A stretch of 64,000 nt of DNA from Chara braunii (GCA_003427395.1 BFEA01000041.1:376143-440142); one strand, 5' to 3'; positions 1 through 12,919 are shown, numbered from the stretch's first letter. The notes: generated from the letters alone by a model not told the origin. Numbers and translations: made by a program.

Positions 1-1692
1 GGCACCCCGTCCGCTTGGTGACGGTCAGAAATGGAAGTCGTGGTCCATCAAGGCGAAGTTGGATATCGTCAGAGAGTATGTGCCGGGTGTTAAAGGGAAA
101 GGGTTCGACATTGTTGGGAGGAGATATGGGGTCGACAAATCCACACTGCGCCAGTGGGTCGCGCAAAAAGACAAGTTGGAGGACGATTTGAAAAACACAA
201 TGACGAACAGCAGAACACAACGTCGGCTTGGGGGTGGGGGGCGGAAGCCTGCGCACGAGGAATTGGAGGAGCAGCTCGAGTAGTGGGTTTTGCAGAAGAA
301 CACAAGCAGGCTGAGAGTGAGAGATCAATACATACATGCGAAAGCTCGATTGATTTTTAAGCTACAAAAGGAGAAGGGAGAGGTGGAGGAGGGTGCAGTC
401 TTCGATGGGTCGACGGGGTGGATGGCGCGCTTTAAGCGTCGAAAGGGGTTTGTGTCGCGACGACACACAACCTCAAGGACCTTGTCTTCTGATGCTGCAG
501 ACACAAGCATAGCATTTCCCCGGTTAACGTTTTCAATATGGATCAAGTCCCGCGATACTTCGAGACAGAGCCTTCATCTACAATCGCGAAGCGAGGGACA
601 CGTGAGGTGCTGATGCGCAAAGCAAGCAGCTCACACAAACGCTTCACGGCCACTTTCACCATCTCCATGGCTGGTGAAATATTGAAGCCTCACCTTCTTT
701 TCGCGAAGTTGAAGAACAAGCCAGCAGTGGAAGGGCCGGTGGTTGTTGATGTTAACATGACGGGGATGTGGAGTACAGACACAATCATCTCATTTATCAC
801 TGACGCAATAACATCAAGGAAAGAGACGGTGTTTAGCCATCAGCCTGTTCTTCTGATCATCGATAGTTATGGACCTCATTTGAAGGTGGCTGAGAGTGAA
901 AGGTTGAAGAAGATGAACATCCATGTTCATATTGTCCCTCCCAACCTGACGGGTATTCTCCAGCCTCTTGATGTTGCTGTGAATCGGTCTTTCCAGCAAT
1001 CTTATGGACACCAGTACGATGCATACATCTCCAACGCTTTGGAGAACCCGTCCTTGCAGACCAAAACGGGCAATCCGAAGACCCCAACATACCAGATGGT
1101 TGTAGATTGGGTTTGCCAGTGGGCGAAAACTAAGACAAAGGAGGATATCGCACACGCATTTGCAATGTGTGGTTTGGTGCGCAAGGAGGATTTTGACGTG
1201 GAGAAGCTGCACCCATCGCTGAGAGCATTGTACAATGATGTGGTCGAAATAGATGATGGGAATGATGCATATGCGGAAGAGTTTGTTGAGGCACCAATCC
1301 CTGTGTATGTAGATTTACTCACTGCTCCGGAGTACTTCATTCCTGAGGATGTGATTGACGGTCAGCGAAATAGTTACTGGCAATGCCTTCGTCGGGCTGT
1401 GTTGGGTAGAGCGCCGTCCATTACTTCTGCAGAGTTCCGGTCCATCACCGTGAACCACATAAAGACCATGGAAGTCCTTGCTGACATCACCGATGATGCA
1501 TACTTTGTTGATCTTGAGTCTGGTGCGAACTGTGATGAGGAGTACATAGCTTATGCCATCACTGAGATCCATATTGTGACTATTTGCATCCAAAGCGGGG
1601 AAGACTCAAGTTAGTGGACTTTTGAGCAGCCGAACGCTACGACCATAATTAATCTTGTGTGTGTCGATGGTTTCTATGTGCTGAAGTTGTAG
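1..1692 (+). mobile_element. Disrupted pogo-type (Tc1/mariner superfamily) DDE transposase, DD35D, 5' end outside window
   Basis: Frame 2 gives an N-terminal HTH (KSWSIKAKLDIV...YGVDKSTLRQW) and a CENP-B/Tc5-type HTH (GGGRKP..EELEEQLE*W...FDGSTGWMARFKRR) with an in-frame TAG at 281-283. A frameshift/deletion near 515-530 leads into the DDE_1-type domain NVFNMDQVP...LLIIDSY...LQPLDVAVNRSF, with 35 residues between the 2nd and 3rd Asp. A second TAG lies at 1612-1614 and the frame continues to 1692. Confidence 0.92.
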
Positions 1693-1907
1693 GAGCTTCC
1701 AATTAGAAAATTTGAAAGTTGCAACAGCAAGAGAGCTGCTTGGGTCTGTGGAGAAAAACATGCAGGCTCTTCAGCCTATAGCTAAGCTTGATGATGCTTC
1801 CGGTAAAATGGTTTGTTCTGGGATGTGATGTAGAGGACACCGGCCTTAATCTTTCAAGTAATGACAGCAAATTTTTTTTTTTTTACGGGGGGGGGGGGGG
1901 GGGGGGG

Positions 1908-2027
1908 NNNNNNNNNNNNNNNNNNNNNNNNNNNNNNNNNNNNNNNNNNNNNNNNNNNNNNNNNNNNNNNNNNNNNNNNNNNNNNNNNNNNNNNNNNNNN
2001 NNNNNNNNNNNNNNNNNNNNNNNNNNN
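1908..2027. other. Assembly gap (N run flanked by poly-G/poly-C)
   Basis: Run of n; other gaps at 46282-46356, 48114-48989 and 55295-55400. Confidence 0.99.
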
Positions 2028-3423
2028 CCCCCCCCCCCCCCCCCCCCCCTTCTCTCTCTCTTGCTTGCCTAAACTGTGTAAAGTACCTGGTTGCTTGGCT
2101 CTACCTCCGCAATAGGAGGGCAGTAGAACGTGAGTAAGTGCTGCAGGAGCTACCTCCGCAGTAGGAGGGCAGCAAAACATGAGTAAGTGCTGCAGGAGGG
2201 AACGAGAATGATTTATTGGGACTATTGGTCTGGTGCCCAGAGGGGGCTGCTGTTTAGTGTTGTGCACTGTCTTCGTTTGTTCGGGGGTTGGTTCCCATGG
2301 GGTCTCTGCCCCATAAACGAAACTGGGTAATGCTCCCAGTGTCTCTATTTCTCCGGGTAGATTGTGAGGACCCCGGCCTCATCAGATTTTTGACAATAAT
2401 TAACGAAGTTCTATGGGGCGGAAAAAAGCCTGAATGTCAGGGCCCCATTAACGCTGGTCTAGCAATTTCCTCTATTTCTGGCTGCGCATTGATTCTCCAT
2501 GGTCGTCGCCCCCTCGTTTATCAGGATGTTCACCGCAATAACTGACAACCCTCCTCGTCTCACATGTTGCCAAGGCTCGAGTGTGAGTTCCCGTCTCTTG
2601 TCCTCGTTACTCGCCCGATGCTTCCGGACTCCTTCCTCTCGTCAAAATTATTTGCTATTTTTTTACAACGAAAAATTTTTATGTCCTTTTGGGAAAACTC
2701 TCCCTAGGTTAGCAGATCGTGTTCCTTCAACCTTTCGGTTCCGATGTCTTCCACACAGTCCCGACATCGTAGATCTTTAAGAGGAACTGTGCTCGAATCC
2801 GGTCACACCCGCCAAACGCTTTTCTCAAGGAAGTAAAGGGCGACGTAAGGCTTGAGCTGCCCGACAACTGCCCCCCTCATATTCTCGACGTCCCCAACGA
2901 GCCATCTTGTAATATCAAGAGAAAAAGAAAAATTGACTTCTAATCGCTGCCAATCAAGCCAAGATTTTCTCTCACTGTTTTCGTCGGACCTTTTTCTCTC
3001 GTCTCTTTTTCTTGCTTCGCTTTTTCTTAATCATCTTTTATTTGATTCCTAGTTGTTTCTTAGTCTTTCATATCGCTTTTCGCGACATTGTCTATCCTCA
3101 CCCTTGCCCACGACTATCACATCCTGCCCACGACTATCACATCCTTAATGACTTCCTTAGCCCTGCGTTTCCTTCCTTTGCTGCGCGTGGCCGACTCCGA
3201 GTCTAAGACCTCTTGTTTCTCCTTCTTCTTATCTTTTCTCCGGCTGTTCCTCGTGCCTAAGACCTTCTTTTGTTTCCTCTTTGTAAGTTTTTTTGAGCTT
3301 TTTCCTTTCTCATAGGTTGACGACTTAGGTCACGGTCTCTCAGGGGGCTCTATCGACTCCTCCTCGGCCTTCACCTTTCCCTGATCCTTCTTCAAGTTCG
3401 GGTGGAGATCGGTTAAATTCTCT

Positions 3424-3735
3424 CCCCGTTTCTTAAAAAACTTTCAACGTGCATCGGACACTGCCTCTTTCTATCTAGCCTCATCTAGCTCTTCAAGTAA
3501 GTAAGTTCCTCCTTCCAATCTTTTGACCACACGGTAAGGTCTCATTCACCTACTTGCCAGTTTCCCAAACCATGTCCTCTCTAGAGCAGAATCGTAGAGT
3601 AAAACTAAGCTTTCGGTATGTATACCCTCTTGCCTGACTCGAAAATTTTTATTCCATCTTTCCTTGTCATTTTCCCTCTGAGATTTCAGTCTTTCTATGG
3701 CGTCCAGAGTGTTATCCCCCAACGTCTAGATGCGT
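3424..3735 (-). mobile_element. Ty3/gypsy LTR-retrotransposon integrase C-terminal (GPY/F) remnant
   Basis: Manual minus-strand translation: AIERLKSQRENDKERWNK...SLVLLYDSALERTWFGKLASR*MRPYRVVKRLEGGTYLLEELDEAR*KEAVSDAR*KFF. This matches the gypsy integrase tail pattern V.L....KL...W.GPY.V....GTY.L.E.DG and carries three stops. Confidence 0.8.
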
Positions 3736-5733
3736 ACGTTTTGAAGAGTTGTGACGTCCACCCTCATGCCCAGCTCGACTTCCTGGTGGGGGTGGCAGTG
3801 GACCTGGATGTTGCAAAATGGGGGTGTGCCAAGGATTTTAAGAAAGTGGGGTCGAGTCCTTACTCGGAACTGGGATCTCCTGTGTCAAGGTTCCAAGGAC
3901 AGAACTGCAAAGGGGTTCGGACATGAGGGGGCTTTCTGAATTCACGACTTTTCATGGCTGGGTACTTAGGATGGCCGGTTTTGGCGTGCAGGCGGTGTAC
4001 GGGAGAAACACAATAGGTATCTCGCCGCCCAACTCATAGCGCCTACAAGATTTTTAGATCTCAGATTCTGATGTGGATGGTCTCAGTCGAAGGTTGTGTT
4101 CTCGATGCTCAACCTCGGTATGAGTCTGCCAGATGAAGCCCGTCGTTTGGTAGAGGTACTCGGGATCCGTTAATCAAAAGGGGACACCAAATTTCATGCT
4201 ACGAATTCACATTAATGTTGTCGTTCCTATCCATGTAGAAGGATTCCAGTAGTGCAGGTCGGACGTGGGCGACTTATGCGAGCTCACGTATACGTGACAT
4301 ACCATTTTATTGGTTGACTATAACATAGACACGTGGCACGAGATCCGTTCACAAAGCAGCTCGACATTCGTGCTTCTCAATCATTCAATCTTACGGCATA
4401 AAAGGGAGTTATACATATAAGATTGAGACAATCAAGCTGCAATCATCACACATGACATCACCGATAAAAGGAAAGAAATACGAGAGAAACTCCGATGAAA
4501 GGGGGGATCTACAAAATCGTACAAAAATATGAAACTACAAAGGCAAAAATGACGAAAGTCGAAAACAAAATTTCTAGAACACAAGGAGAGAAGTCCTCAC
4601 ACACCCCAGCACCTCGCGGACTCTTACTGCTTCACCATCCTCCTTCTTACCCTGATGCAGGCAGTCCGTCGCCTAGCACCTACCAACAACCCTGAGATGT
4701 CATCCCGCTTAGCCCGAGTACGCACGCGGGGTTTCCCCGAGCTCCAAAGTCCGTCGCGGCCACATGTCAACCATGCACACTCGCCACCAGCTCGTTGGAT
4801 CGCCCAATTCCGAACTCACCTCTTTGCATGCTCATACACGTTTGTGGATCCTCCCGACCCCGCCCCCAAGTTTAGATTAGAGAGCAAATTAGTCCCGCTT
4901 GCAAAATTTATAGCAATTAGCATTTGCGCGAGATAATCGGGATTACGCTAGGCAAAGGAAGGGAGAAAGGAAGGAGGCGCCTATGGTCGGCATACATGGG
5001 CCACGACGCGGGGACGTTGCCTCTCTCCATACATCGATCGAGTCATGTGCCGCTCTTGACCAATGAGATGAAGGGGAACGGGCCCAATGTTTCGGAGCGA
5101 AGAGAAGCCAAGAGGGAGAATATTACAATTACACTCGCGTTTGCCAAAAAGGGAACAAGAAGATATTAAAGTTGAGATTAGAATTAAGGTGCGGTGGGAA
5201 TAGAGTGGAGGACAGAGCGCAGCAAAGCACGTGCGAGTAAGGAGCATCATGCAATTACAAAAGAAAGTACGATGTCCCCAAAATCCTAGTTTGCTTAGAG
5301 TCCTAATTCCGAATACCCGTGCGGTCTCCCGCATTCGTTCCAAAGAGTTATGGATGCTTAGAGAAAAAAACAATTCCATAAATTATTTACATTATTTTCA
5401 TTGACTATATTAATACAGTTAAATCAATACTGGTATTTCGTAGATTGTCGAGGGTTGGGAGACTCGCGTCCGGTAGCGCTATCTATCGCAGGGCATAACT
5501 GAGGAGTACTAGCGCAGGCCATTGGACCGTGCTGGGTTGACAGCTCGGGGGTCATGGGCATCGACAAAGAGCGTGGCGCCGTGCCATCGCCGAGGTGGGA
5601 GCATTGGACTTCTCCGGGGTGAAAGGACATCGCGTCACAGTGCCCGGCGTGGGACTGTGGGTTCCGATAGAGGCGAATCGCACGTGGGCGGGCTCCAAAG
5701 GGGAACGTATACCATGCACGTGTATAGGAACGA

Positions 5734-5986
5734 CCATTTCGTCAAAATGGATATTTTTTATTTTTTGAACGAAATTGAAACCGAGTTTTTTGACCGAGAA
5801 CTCGTCAGAATTTGTTGTTCCTGAGGGTCCAGCGTAAAATGCTCGACCCCTCCGACCCCCTGGCTGTACATGGACCTAGCTTGAGACCAGGACCCTCAAG
5901 AACAATAACCTTTGATGAGTTTTTGGTCAAAAAACTTGGTTTCAATTTTGTCCAAAAAATAAAAGATGTCCATTTTGACAAAATGG
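5734..5986. mobile_element. Foldback/MITE-like element with ~97-bp imperfect inverted repeats
   Basis: 5734-5830 (ccatttcgtcaaaatggat...ctgagggtcc) is the imperfect reverse complement of 5890-5986 (ggaccctcaag...cattttgacaaaatgg), with a ~60-bp spacer. Confidence 0.7.
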
Positions 5987-6084
5987 CAGTTTAGGAGATT
6001 CCCGCGTGAGGACTTGGGCGTGAGACAAACCACGAGGATGTCAGCATCAAGACGACATTGCCACACAGCAGAGGAAAAACACGA

Positions 6085-6385
6085 GACTATGCTTACGAGG
6101 ATAACAATCACGTAACGACTGCCTAATAACCAAGGTAAGCGAGGGACAATCGGGGAAGGCAACAGGGTAGAAAGGGTTGAAGAAAGGAAGAATGGAAAAA
6201 CGGAGGTAAGGAGAGGGTGAGGAGATAAGTGAAGTGAGAGAACGAGTGTGGAGTGAGATTGAGGAAAAAGGGAGGCTATGCTTACGAGGTCAGTAAGCAC
6301 GTAACGACTGCCTACTAACCAAGGTAATTGAGGGGCATTTGGGGTAGGCAACGGGGTAGAAAGGGTTTAAAGAAGGAAGAATGGA
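6085..6385. repeat. Diverged direct duplication (~190-bp period) in purine-rich DNA
   Basis: ctatgcttacgagg...cacgtaacgactgccta.taaccaaggtaa...ggcaac.gggtagaaagggtt occurs twice (about 6088 and 6277). Confidence 0.75.
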
Positions 6386-6459
6386 AAGAGAGAGGTGAGG
6401 AGAGGTTAAGGAGACAAGTGAAGTGGGAGAGCGGGTGGGGAGTGAAATTCAGGAAAACC

Positions 6460-8283
6460 CTAGGCTACCGGAGTGGCCCGGGTCCACTTGCCCGGTCGGG
6501 CCAAAAAAAAATAAAATAAAATAAAAAAAAAATGAAAATTTTAATTTTAAATTTTATATATATATTTTAACTTAGACACCATTCCATTATATGTCAGATA
6601 ACGGGTCCGGCGTCGCTTACATATAAACCGCAGCCATATAGGGCTGGGAAAAGCACTCCCGACCAATCTCATCCCCGACTGCAGCCAAGAAATTAGGCAG
6701 CATTGCTCAAACCCTAGCTGCCACTGACTGGTCATTTGAAAGCAGATGCAATTCAAAAAGGATTCAAATCTAGCAGTACTAAACTTAGTATCTCCTAATT
6801 ACTCACTAATCCTAACATGCTAATTAACCAAATATAATTACGATTCCCTAATTAATTACCAACCCTAATACGCTAATTACCAACCCTAATATACAAATTA
6901 GGCAAAAGTCATTACGATTCCCCTACAGAAATGTCATCTCTACTTCCATCTTTCTTCCTCTTTGGCGGATTACTATTCCCCTATGTTCTAATTAGTATCC
7001 ACTAATTACTCCACAATCGCCATAGCCATCTGTCTAAACTAAACTAACCCAGCATATAAAACCAATTAAAACCAAACTAACTTTCCTTCCCCCTATCGGA
7101 TTACCCGTCCCTAGGTTCTCATTAGTATCCACTAAATTTCCACGACCGCCACGTGCACCGTAATTATGTGTCTCCAAATCAGCAGGCGGCAAAAAGTAAC
7201 CCAAGTTACAACACATCAACAAAACTGTCCCGATTTTCGTTTTCTCCTTCCCCCTAGCTAAGCCCGGAAGTAGAGGCTATACAACTAATTAACTAGAAAA
7301 ACAAACGACGACAAAACCGTGTGAAGCCGACTGTTGCAATCCAAGTCCTTCCACCGGTGAATAAAACGCCTGCGACGTGACTAAAACAGGGTCACCGACC
7401 TGTGGCCTCACATGCAATTCCGCTCAACTCCAAAACGCGGGCCAAAACATCTCATCCAGCAGCACCAATGTGCCAGTAGCAAGGGAGGAGCGTAATCAGT
7501 CGTTCCGTATCTGAAACCAGCGGACTGTGGCCCTGATAGGTTGATAATTCTGGTATGACAGCGACGTCCAGATCCCGCCCGCTGACTGTCCCCACATCAC
7601 TCTCCTATCCCTCCACAGTCAACCAGGATTAGTGGCCCCTGTCAGCCCAGACTGGCCCATGGCAGGAGCATGGTAGTGCCTCTTTGCACGTGTCCCCCAT
7701 AGCGCCCTCGCGCCTTCCTCCCCCAAGTGCCGCCACCCCACCAACAAGTTCTGGCACAACACCGCCTTCGTTGCAGCGACACCAACGCGATTCCCCGTTG
7801 CCCATACGCCCCCCCCCCAAACTAAACTAACCCAGCATATAAAACCAATTGAAACCAAACTAACTTTCCTTCCCCCTATCAGATTACCCATCCATAGGTT
7901 CTAATTAATATCCACTAAATTTCCACGACCGCCGCCTGCACCTTAATTATGTATCTCCAATTCAGCAGGCGGCAAAAAGTAACCCAAGTTACAACACGTC
8001 AACAAAACCGTCCCGATTTTCGTTTTCTCCTTCCCCCTAGCTAAGCCCAGAAGTAGAGGCTATATAGCTAATTAACTAGAAAAACAAACGACAACAAAAC
8101 CGTGTGAAGCCGACTGTTGCAATCCAAGTCCTTCCAACGCCGGCGACGTGACTAAAACAGAGTCACCGACCTGTGGGCTCACATGCAATTCTACTCCACT
8201 CCAAAACGAGGGCCAAAACATCTCATCCAGCAGCACCAACGCGCCAAAATAGGGTGACCCGGATGGCCCGACTGGTAGCCTAT
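6460..8283. mobile_element. Non-autonomous hAT-like TIR element with internal ~440-bp duplication
   Basis: Termini ctaggctacc...ggtagcctat, flanked by ggaaaacc / ggaaaaac (8-bp TSD-like, 7/8). A shorter sister copy lies at 30546-30822. Confidence 0.55.
7035..8245. repeat. Direct repeat pair (~430-440 bp, high identity)
   Basis: aaactaaactaacccagcatataaaaccaatt...catctcatccagcagcaccaa at about 7035-7470 and 7819-8240. Confidence 0.92.
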
Positions 8284-8439
8284 GGAAAAACATCGAAAAT
8301 TGGAAAAATCTGGGGGAGTGATGGGTAGAGAGATCAGGAGAATATAGGGACAGAGGGTGTGAAGAAGATATTGCACCCCGGGGAAGGAGAGAAACAAACG
8401 GTCGAAGGAGACGAAGGGGAGGAAGCAGAGGCGCTGGGC

Positions 8440-8585
8440 ATGGAACTGCGGGGCGGAACAACAAAACTGATCGAAGGAGATGAGGGTCAGGGAGCAGGGA
8501 GTGGAACTGCGGGGTGGAACAACAAAAACTGATCGAAGGAGACGAGGGGCAGGGAACAGAGGCGTTCGGCATGGAACTGCGGGCT
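8440..8585. repeat. Short tandem repeat (~62-bp unit)
   Basis: ggaactgcggggNggaacaacaaaaactgatcgaaggaga repeated about 2.3 times. Confidence 0.75.
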
Positions 8586-9001
8586 CCGATAGGGACGGAT
8601 CACAAGTGGGTGAGCGGAAGAAACAGAGGCATTGTCAGAGGTGAGCGAGATTGGACGCACCCGCGACAGGGGAATAACAACGGAATAGAGAAGCCACAGG
8701 GAAGGAGAGAGAAAACGGACAGGGTGGAAAAGTGAGGCATGACGAGGGGGGGAAGGCAAGTGGCACATGACGATAGGTGGAGGTACAGCCTCTGGCATAT
8801 CCTACCCAACCTCCAAAGCAAGTAAACCATTAAAGAATAAAATAAGAAAACGAAAAACAAAAGCAAAAAAGAATTGAAAACAAACATCGGAAACAAAGTG
8901 GGTCACAGGGGTTATTGTACAGGCAGACTGACTGCTACATCATCTACTCCATCATCATAAGGCCAAACAGATTACAGCAAGCACATAAGCGATTGGACTC
9001 T

Positions 9002-11216
9002 ATGCTATTCTACAGCAGTACGATGAGACAACTACCAGACGAGCGCCTCTGGCATAAACGATGGTCTCATCAGCACAAAGCCCCCCAGCCCCCCCCACAG
9101 GTAGAGTCTGGTTTGAGCGAGGAAAAGCAGCAAATGGAGGACACAGGGGTCCTGACGGAGGAGGAGAAAGAATTGGAGTTACGGGGGAAAACACAGCACA
9201 AAGGCCCCACCCCAGCCCAGGGATGGAGTAACGGTCAGCCGCAACTCACCTGGGTGGACAAACTTAGAAATCCGCACCAGGATCAAGCCCTGACCATCCA
9301 TCAAGGCCAAGGCAGTCCGCGGACTGGGAGTCTCGAGATCCCTCCGGATGGGGTGCCACTAGCACGGGTTTTTTTCATGAGAAAATTTTTACTTCTGTCA
9401 GAAACCCGAGTGGTAACCCACAGGGGCAAGCAGGTCATGGTGAAGGCAAATCCTAAAAGTGGCCGGCACGACGTCTAATGCAATATGCCAGTGACTGGGT
9501 GTTTCATGACGACGCTGCTTACAAATCGGTCAATGAGAAAGTCAAGTGGATCGGTCATCGGCTGGAAATACGGAAAAAACAGCACCCAGGACCAATTTCT
9601 GATCCAACCAGTCTCCAACACCCTGTTCACAGTCCTGAGCTTGCATGAATTGGACAAAAGGGTGATTGATGGGTGGAAGCGTTTTTGCTGTGAGCGGTCG
9701 GAGGTCCGGATTCACCCATGGGCGCCACAGCGTAGACTGGGGCCGGAGGAGAGGAGGGCACAGCTCATCCAAGATTTCTGCTGGGTAGAGTTTCGCCATA
9801 TCGCAGTCGAAATCCAGGCCGCATTTGTATACGATTTTGGATTGCTGTATGACATCATAGCGTTCGTAGATCCCCTCCCCTCCTTCGTGGCTAAGAGGGA
9901 TAATTACTTAATGCTGGCGCTGGATTCCCCCCAGGCTCACCCGTTTTCCCTTGACAACTTGATCCCAAATCAGGTAGGGGGAAAGGATTATATGATTCAC
10001 ACGGCACATAAACTAAGGCCCTGGTGCCACAAATGTAGAGCTTACGAACACCTCAGTACTGAGTATGTCTGTCCACTCCATCCACAAAAAAGGATCCGGA
10101 CAACAGGGAGACTGTTGAGAGACCCTGTTAAGGTGACCCATTGGAGGACAGTGGACCGGGGACATGAAAGATGGGTTTATATTGACTGTAAGAAGGACGG
10201 TACCTCAATTGGGTGGAAATGGGAAAGAGCTGGGGAACCGGCCTGGGGAACATGCCCCCCAAACACATGACCCCCCCGGCCCCGGTTGAGGAGAAGGTGC
10301 ATGAGACACAGGTAAGCCCACGGCAAGGAGGCCAAGAAAATTCAGGCTGGAAAACGGTGGGTAGGAAAGGAGGAAAAAAAATTGGGTTCAAAAACAGCAG
10401 GTGGAACCCGGCCCGTTGCGGAAGGACAATGATAGTCCCGGCGGCACCTCAGGCCCCACTGCTAAGTTGTACATCCGGAAAGAGGATGGTAAGATGACAC
10501 CGGGTAACTTCCCAGGGACCCTCCCTCACAACAAATACAACAGAGCGGGGGGGGAAACAGCATACGACTCGGAGTGGGGGAGACATCGACACAATTGGAA
10601 GGAACGTATAGCCCCTCTAAACGGTTGGGACAGGTGGAAGCAAAGGGGAAGCCAGAGAGACTGAGGGGGGTGGGGAGTATGGACGTGGAGGCGGGACCGC
10701 CAGGGGTGGAAAAGCAGGAAAGATGGATGTTGACCCGCTCCCCGCCAACGCCAGCATGTCACCTCTGAGGTCTTGGTCCCGGAATGCGACCTGGAAGGTG
10801 AGGAGGAGAGGGTGTCCCCACTGCACCTACCCGTAGAACAGAAACTGGTCGCCATCCCAGACTGGCTGATGGGTAATTTGAGAGCTAAACACGGCCCCCT
10901 CACTGATGACTTCTGGGACAAGGCGTACTTAGAATTATTCCCCATGCTTGACACGAGCTCCTCGCTCAAGAATGTACTGGAAAATGGCCTGCAATCGGGA
11001 GTGAAGTGGACTGAAGCATGGCACAGACTGACTACAATAGTGTTTGCTCGCTTTCAACCGCCACATGCAGCAGCGGCACACAAAGCTGAGCAGGACATGA
11101 CAGACACTGCACAGGCCCGGAGGTATCAAGACCCCCCAGTTCTGCAGCAACCTACCCCGCCGCCGGGGCCGGATCCTCCGGAGCCAGATGAGAACGCACC
11201 CTTGGACCTGGTGTGA
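9002..11216 (+). mobile_element. Degenerate L1-like non-LTR retrotransposon ORF1 (gag-like) remnant
   Basis: ORFs 8915-9478 and 9485-10270 are in one frame split by a TAA. They contain IHPWAP...CWVEFRHIAVEI (resembling the plant L1 ORF1 W.P...WV....LP pattern) and a knuckle CHKCRAYEHLSTEYVC at 10025-10072. A frameshifted low-complexity tail (GWKTVGRKG) continues to 11216. Confidence 0.6.
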
Positions 11217-11799
11217 AAAAGAACACTTAGGCATCATGGGCTGTGATTCTGGCCCCTTGTCGCAGGGGGGTGTACTGCTCATCCCAGTTCGGAAGTAAAA
11301 CGAGAAATGGAAGATGGGATAGTCTCCGGTAGGGAATGGCAGATAGGGGGGGCGTCACTTTACAGGGTTGGCCGTCCTTTTGGGCCTTGCCACAAAATAG
11401 CATGTCTGAGGCAGCCGCTATCATTTTGCAGATCCCACCAGCATTGTGTGATCGAGGCTATAGCATGTCTGTGCTATTTTGTTGGGGCATGTTGTGATCG
11501 AGGCTATTTTGTGCCTGTGCCCCAGATCTAGCATTGTGTGATCGAGGCTATTGCCTGCAACGCGAACCCGGCTGCCAATCTATTTTATCGACATCGCTCT
11601 TCAGAGCAGGTAACCAAACAATTTACACAAGGTTGGCCCCGTGTACCGGCCATTTAAAGAAAAATGAATTAATAAAATCCAAGGAATAAAGCGTACAAGA
11701 ATAACCCAGCGTCTTTCTACTCCCTAGTAACCCACCAGGTACTGGATGGTGAAGCCGCCACAGATGATTGCCCACCGGGGACTGGATGGTGAAACCGCC

Positions 11800-12867
11800 A
11801 AGGAATTCCACTCGGGCTCACTTCAACCAACCTTGGCTACAGTGCCACTCCAGGCTAGCATGGATGAGTATGTCCCCGTCCACGCCAGGCCCTTACAGGA
11901 AAGCGCTTTCTAGTGATGTGGATGACAGAACTTACTGGAACTACTGGTGGTCCAATCACACTAGAACATGCACTGTCAAAGTTGACGGAAACATGCATCG
12001 CACAATGCCAACACGAAAAAGGAGGATCAGGGATCCCTCTTTATACAGTGCCGGACGGAATATATTTGTTATGGCGTCGGTGGGGGCAGGATTCGAAAAT
12101 GCGTCACAGACGAGACGGGCTGGTCATTATATGCTGCCAGAGGGAAAACATTTGCTATGGCACCGGTGGGGAAAGGATTTGGAGATGCAAGAGAGGTAGG
12201 TTGCTTGGTTGTTTTTTTTTGCTTTTTTTTGGGGGCCAGGAGGGGCGGCGGAGGACCACCGAAATCACTGCCAATTTACTGAATGTAACACACCCGTACA
12301 TTATAGACAAATGTGATGCCCGCCCGACGCTATATTCATTTCCGATGCCTGGGTTCAGGTGAAGACGGTAGTCGAGATCTTCTAGCAAGAGGGGCCAGCA
12401 CCTTTTCAGGATCAGGGGAGCAATTTTCATGACCAGGCGACCTATTCAACGAGTAAGCGATTCAAACTCTTTCCAGGGGAGCATGTCTTCGGGATTACCA
12501 TATAAGGAAAGACTGAACCTTGCAAGGGTGGTTATTATATTAATTATATTTTTTTCAATTTAAACTTTATCTTTCATTCTTTTAAATAATAAATGGAAAT
12601 AGAAAGAAAAGATAATTTCAAAGTTCTCTGTCAATTAAATAAAATAGAGTGTAAATGGACTTCTCTCTTTCTTGAAGAAGCCAACACAAAGGCCTTCCAG
12701 TGCAGGGGGCAGGGGGGGGGAGGATGTTGGAGTGAGGGATGAAGGACAATTCCTCAAGAATAATTGTTTCAACTATGAAACTGGGCAATGGTCCCAGATT
12801 TTCCGGGTTTTTTGTAGAGGCATTCCCAGACTCCCCTTGTTCTCTTTTAATGGAATGATGGTTTGTT

Positions 12868-12919
<52 letters not shown>
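11800..12919 (+). mobile_element. Possible LINE ORF2 post-RT fragments and poly(A) tail
   Basis: Weak similarity to the L1 post-RT region (YWNYWWSN..VKV..P.RKGGSGIP after a frameshift; GLPYKERLNLARVV). A 51-nt poly(A) lies at 12869-12919. Confidence 0.3.
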
